Positions 10,750-13,523 of a stretch of 13,523 nucleotides of DNA are shown in pieces. Each line of letters starts with the position of its first letter. The first letter of the stretch is position 1. The position numbers and the translations under genes were made by a program. This DNA is from Galeopterus variegatus. Taxonomy: Eukaryota. Under the pieces are notes generated by a model, which ran no database searches, was not told where the DNA came from, and saw only the letters and a list, made by a program, of their open reading frames with translations. The stretch lies in NCBI RefSeq assembly GCF_000696425.1, contig NW_007729415.1:5534-19056 (forward strand), given 5' to 3'.

Positions 10750-11030
10750 TGCCACGTGACCTGCTCTGGCCAATGAAATGCCAGGGAAAGTAACATCATC
10801 ACTGTACTCTCTTCCCTTGTCTATATAAGAGGGTGAGCAGCAATGTTTCACAGAGGCTGCTCCATGAGAGAGAAAATGGTATGAAGTAGAGCCACAGTTG
10901 ACATGCAACAGACACATAGACATGTAGCAGGATCGAGAAATACATGTTTGCTATATTAAGCAACTGAGATTTGGGGGGGTTTGTTATCATAACATAACCT
11001 AGCCTACCCTGACTCCTGTATGGACCTCAG
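10750..11030 (+). mobile_element. MaLR-type (MLT1/MST-like) solo LTR
   Basis: ccacgtgacc...ggccaatgaaatgccagg...tatataag...gacatgtagcaggatcgagaaatacatgtttgctatattaagcaactgagatttgggggggtttgttatcataacataacctagcctaccctgac matches the conserved 3' half of mammalian MaLR LTRs. It carries CCAAT-like and TATA motifs. Confidence 0.45.
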
Positions 11031-11368
11031 GGCGCCTTAGGACCCAATAGGCAATGGGGGAAATTGTACGCATGAAGACGGACCTGGCACAGACCCTGTG
11101 GTGGGGAAGACAGGCATACCTCAGTGATAGGAAAACAGGCCTTGCTGGAAATACAGTGGAGCTCCAGCTCACTCTGGAGCCAGATTCTAAGTCAATTACC
11201 AAATTTACCCTTGAATGTCCCTTAAATTGTCCATAAGATATAGAAGAGTGTTATCTCTGATGTAGTTCAACACAGCCTCTTTTCCTCCAGCACTGGCTTT
11301 TCTTTGGATGAATACCAGATAAAGTCATTGATTTGCTTAAGACCTCTTTTATAAGAAAAACCTGTACC

Positions 11369-11537
11369 TTTTTTTTTTTTTTTAAAGATGACCGGTAAGG
11401 GGATCTCAACCCTTGGCTTGGTGTTGTCAACACCACGCTCAGCCAGTGAGCCAACCAGCCATCCCTACATAGGATCCGAACCCGGGGCCTTGGTGTTATC
11501 AGCACCGCACTCTCCCGAGTGAGTCACGGGCCGGCCC
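11369..11537 (-). mobile_element. tRNA-derived SINE, dimeric (CYN-II-like)
   Basis: The minus-strand read is gggccggcccgtgactcactcgggagagtgcggtgctgataacaccaaggccccgggttcggatcc...ggctcactggctgagcgtggtgttgacaacaccaagccaagggttgagatcccc with two B-box units. A T17 tail on + (11369-11385) is a minus-strand poly-A. TSD about aaaaacct. Confidence 0.78.
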
Positions 11538-11639
11538 TAAAAACCTTATCTTTCAACAGCAAGCTCACATTGAACATAGTAAGATGCAGTTTACCCAATC
11601 AACTTCCTCTTCCTCTTAGGCGCCCAAGTAATCTGTATT

Positions 11640-12075
11640 TCCCGACCTCCTTCACACTTAGGTGTGGCCACGTGACTGAGCAATGAAATGCGAGGGGAAG
11701 TACTATGTGCTAATTCCCTGCCTGCCCATAAAAGCTTGCCCCATGCAATCTACCGTGCACATGTCCATGCAAACAATCAGGGCCATACTGGGATCCATGT
11801 CCAAACATGGTGGAGCTAAAATACTGGGGGCAGTTGCCTGGGTCCCTGCACCACCACTTGCAGGAGAGCTGCCTCCCAGTCAGTGCACCTGAGTAGGATT
11901 TCATACGAGTTAGATTGATTAGAGCACGGTGTTACAGCACGAAGGTGAAGGGTTCAGATCCTCATACTGGCCAGCCACCAAAAAAAAAAATAATACGAGT
12001 TAGCAATAAACTTCTTTCATGTTTAAGCCTCCATACATCGTGCAGTTTGTTACAGTAACATTGGGCAGGAAGGAT
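11640..12075 (+). mobile_element. second MaLR-type LTR-like copy, interrupted by the SINE at 11914-11992
   Basis: ggccacgtgactgagcaatgaaatgcgaggggaag...cccataaaagc...cagcctgggtccctg-like (gttgcctgggtccctgcacc)...gcaataaacttctttcatgtttaagcc...gtttgttacagtaacat shares the motif order of MaLR LTRs. Confidence 0.4.
11914..11992 (+). mobile_element. 5'-truncated tRNA-Ile-derived SINE (CYN-like) with a perfect 11-bp TSD
   Basis: attgattagagcacggtgttacagcacgaaggtgaagggttcagatcctcatactggccagccacc(A)12. It is flanked by identical atacgagttag at 11903-11913 and 11993-12003. Confidence 0.75.
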
Positions 12076-12994
12076 TACCTTTAACTAATCACAGTGTGAG
12101 CACCAGGGAGACTCACCTGAGGAACAGCAGGCTCACAGGGCCCATCCCATGCTTCCTCCGGGCACAGCTGAACGGAATGAACAAATGGTATTTCTTGCAT
12201 GGTGGTTATTCATTCCTTCTGAATCCCAGTTATCGCTGCACATGTTAAGTGACTCCACTATATTCCCCAGATCAAATATAGTGACTTCGGGACCCAATTC
12301 AGCCCAGAGTTTCCCAACTTCCACCTCCAGGTCAAGGGCCAACTGGTCCTAGGCTGGAAACACAGACGCTGTGCTCTGCAGGTTCCTCCTGAGCTCAGTC
12401 CTGCCCCTGGACATGGTAGCCAAGATCCCAGAGCAACTTTTGCTCTTATCCCGGAGGGAGGGGCTGGAGCTTCACACTTTCCCCCAGCCCTCCCTCTTTC
12501 CAAAGGTCATAGACAACTGGGTTTACATAAGTTAAAGACTTGCCTCACTGTAAATGGTGAGAACCGAAGAGCCCAGGAGCCAGCCAGGGCTGTGGGAGCC
12601 AGGAGGCAGCAGCTCCCTGCTCTGGGATTAAGCAAGTGTGCAGAGGGCCCATCTGTCCGGAGGGGAGCACTAACTCCTGCAGCAGGAGCTGGGAGAGCAG
12701 CGAATCCAGTCTCCCACTGTGACTGGTAGCAGGCCAGGCACAGGGCTACCCAAACCCACAGAAACGCAATTCAGTTTTGCATACCAGTATTTTCCTAAGC
12801 ACACATCTGTCCCTGCCACTGCCCTGCCTAAAGCCCTTCGATGTTCATCCTACAAGCGTCTCCAAAAAAGAATTGCAAGATGGTTTACTGCAGCATCATT
12901 CACAGGGGCAGGACCTGGTAAATTCAATAACGAAAGGCATTCTATGCAACTGTGAAGGCGGCCTCTGATGTGCAACCGTTGCATAGGGTACATG

Positions 12995-13155
12995 TTAGGA
13001 GCACAGGCTCTGGAGCCAGACTGGCTCCTTTTAGCACCTCAATTTCCTCTCTGGAAAATGAGCACAATAACAGGTTCATTGGCTTGTACAGTACACAGTG
13101 CAGTATGGTTGTGAGATAATACATGTAAAAAGCACTTAGAGCAGCTATAGCTTGT
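12995..13155 (+). mobile_element. MIR SINE
   Basis: gcacaggctctggagccagactggctcc...caatttcctctctggaaaatgagcacaataacagg...gttgtgagataatacatgtaaaaagcacttagagcag matches the MIR consensus nearly end to end. Confidence 0.6.
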
Positions 13156-13523
13156 GTTAGAAGTAGAACAGCACATATATAAAATTAATTTTAAAATATG
13201 GAAATATAAAGGCCAAATGTCCCACTGGGCTCCTGCGGCTGACCCAGTTGGCTTCTTCGGCCTCATCTCTCACCAGCTCTCCATTCCCCCAACCCCAAGT
13301 GCTTGGCATTCAAGCCCCATCCATGGAGATGTTTCAATGCCTGCATCGCCCAGGATACTCCCTGGGCTCCCTGCCTTTGCATGCTGCTCCTCTCCTCTGC
13401 ACTACCCTTCCCTCCACAATCCTGTCAGCTTAAGATACACACCCCCTTCACCAGAACCTAAGCAAGGAGCATCTTCTACTTCACTGCATTATCACTGCCC
13501 CCACCCCCACCCCCGCCCGCCCG

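Overview
This is mammalian nuclear genomic DNA, not prokaryotic. I find no CRISPR arrays, operons or rRNA/tRNA genes; the tRNA-like sequences present are SINE copies.

The dominant feature is the 3' ~78% of the major vault protein gene (MVP) on the + strand. Ten coding exons span 780-8249 and encode about 697 aa, corresponding to human MVP residues ~193 to the C-terminus. All introns show GT-AG boundaries. The stop codon is TAG at 8247-8249, with an AATAAA signal at 8275-8280, so the 3'UTR is very short. The translated exons are near-identical to human MVP as I recall it, apart from the extreme C-terminal tail.

Introns and the ~5 kb downstream of MVP are filled with transposable-element debris:
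- Four tRNA-Ile-derived SINEs occur in monomeric, dimeric and trimeric forms. This looks like the CYN family of Dermoptera (colugo), so the source is probably a flying lemur or a close relative. I cannot confirm this without a database search.
- A LINE-1 3' end is nested inside an older L1-3'UTR-like element, and a SINE has landed in its A-tail.
- There are many MIR fragments and probable L2-like sequence.
- Two MaLR-type LTR-like copies carry CCAAT/TATA motifs. One is split by a SINE with a perfect 11-bp target-site duplication.

I found no convincing second protein-coding gene. In human 16p11.2 the downstream neighbour CDIPT lies on the opposite strand, and it is not detectable in this window.

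I see nothing that resembles a novel biological system. The most notable observations are repeat chronology and lineage-specific SINEs.
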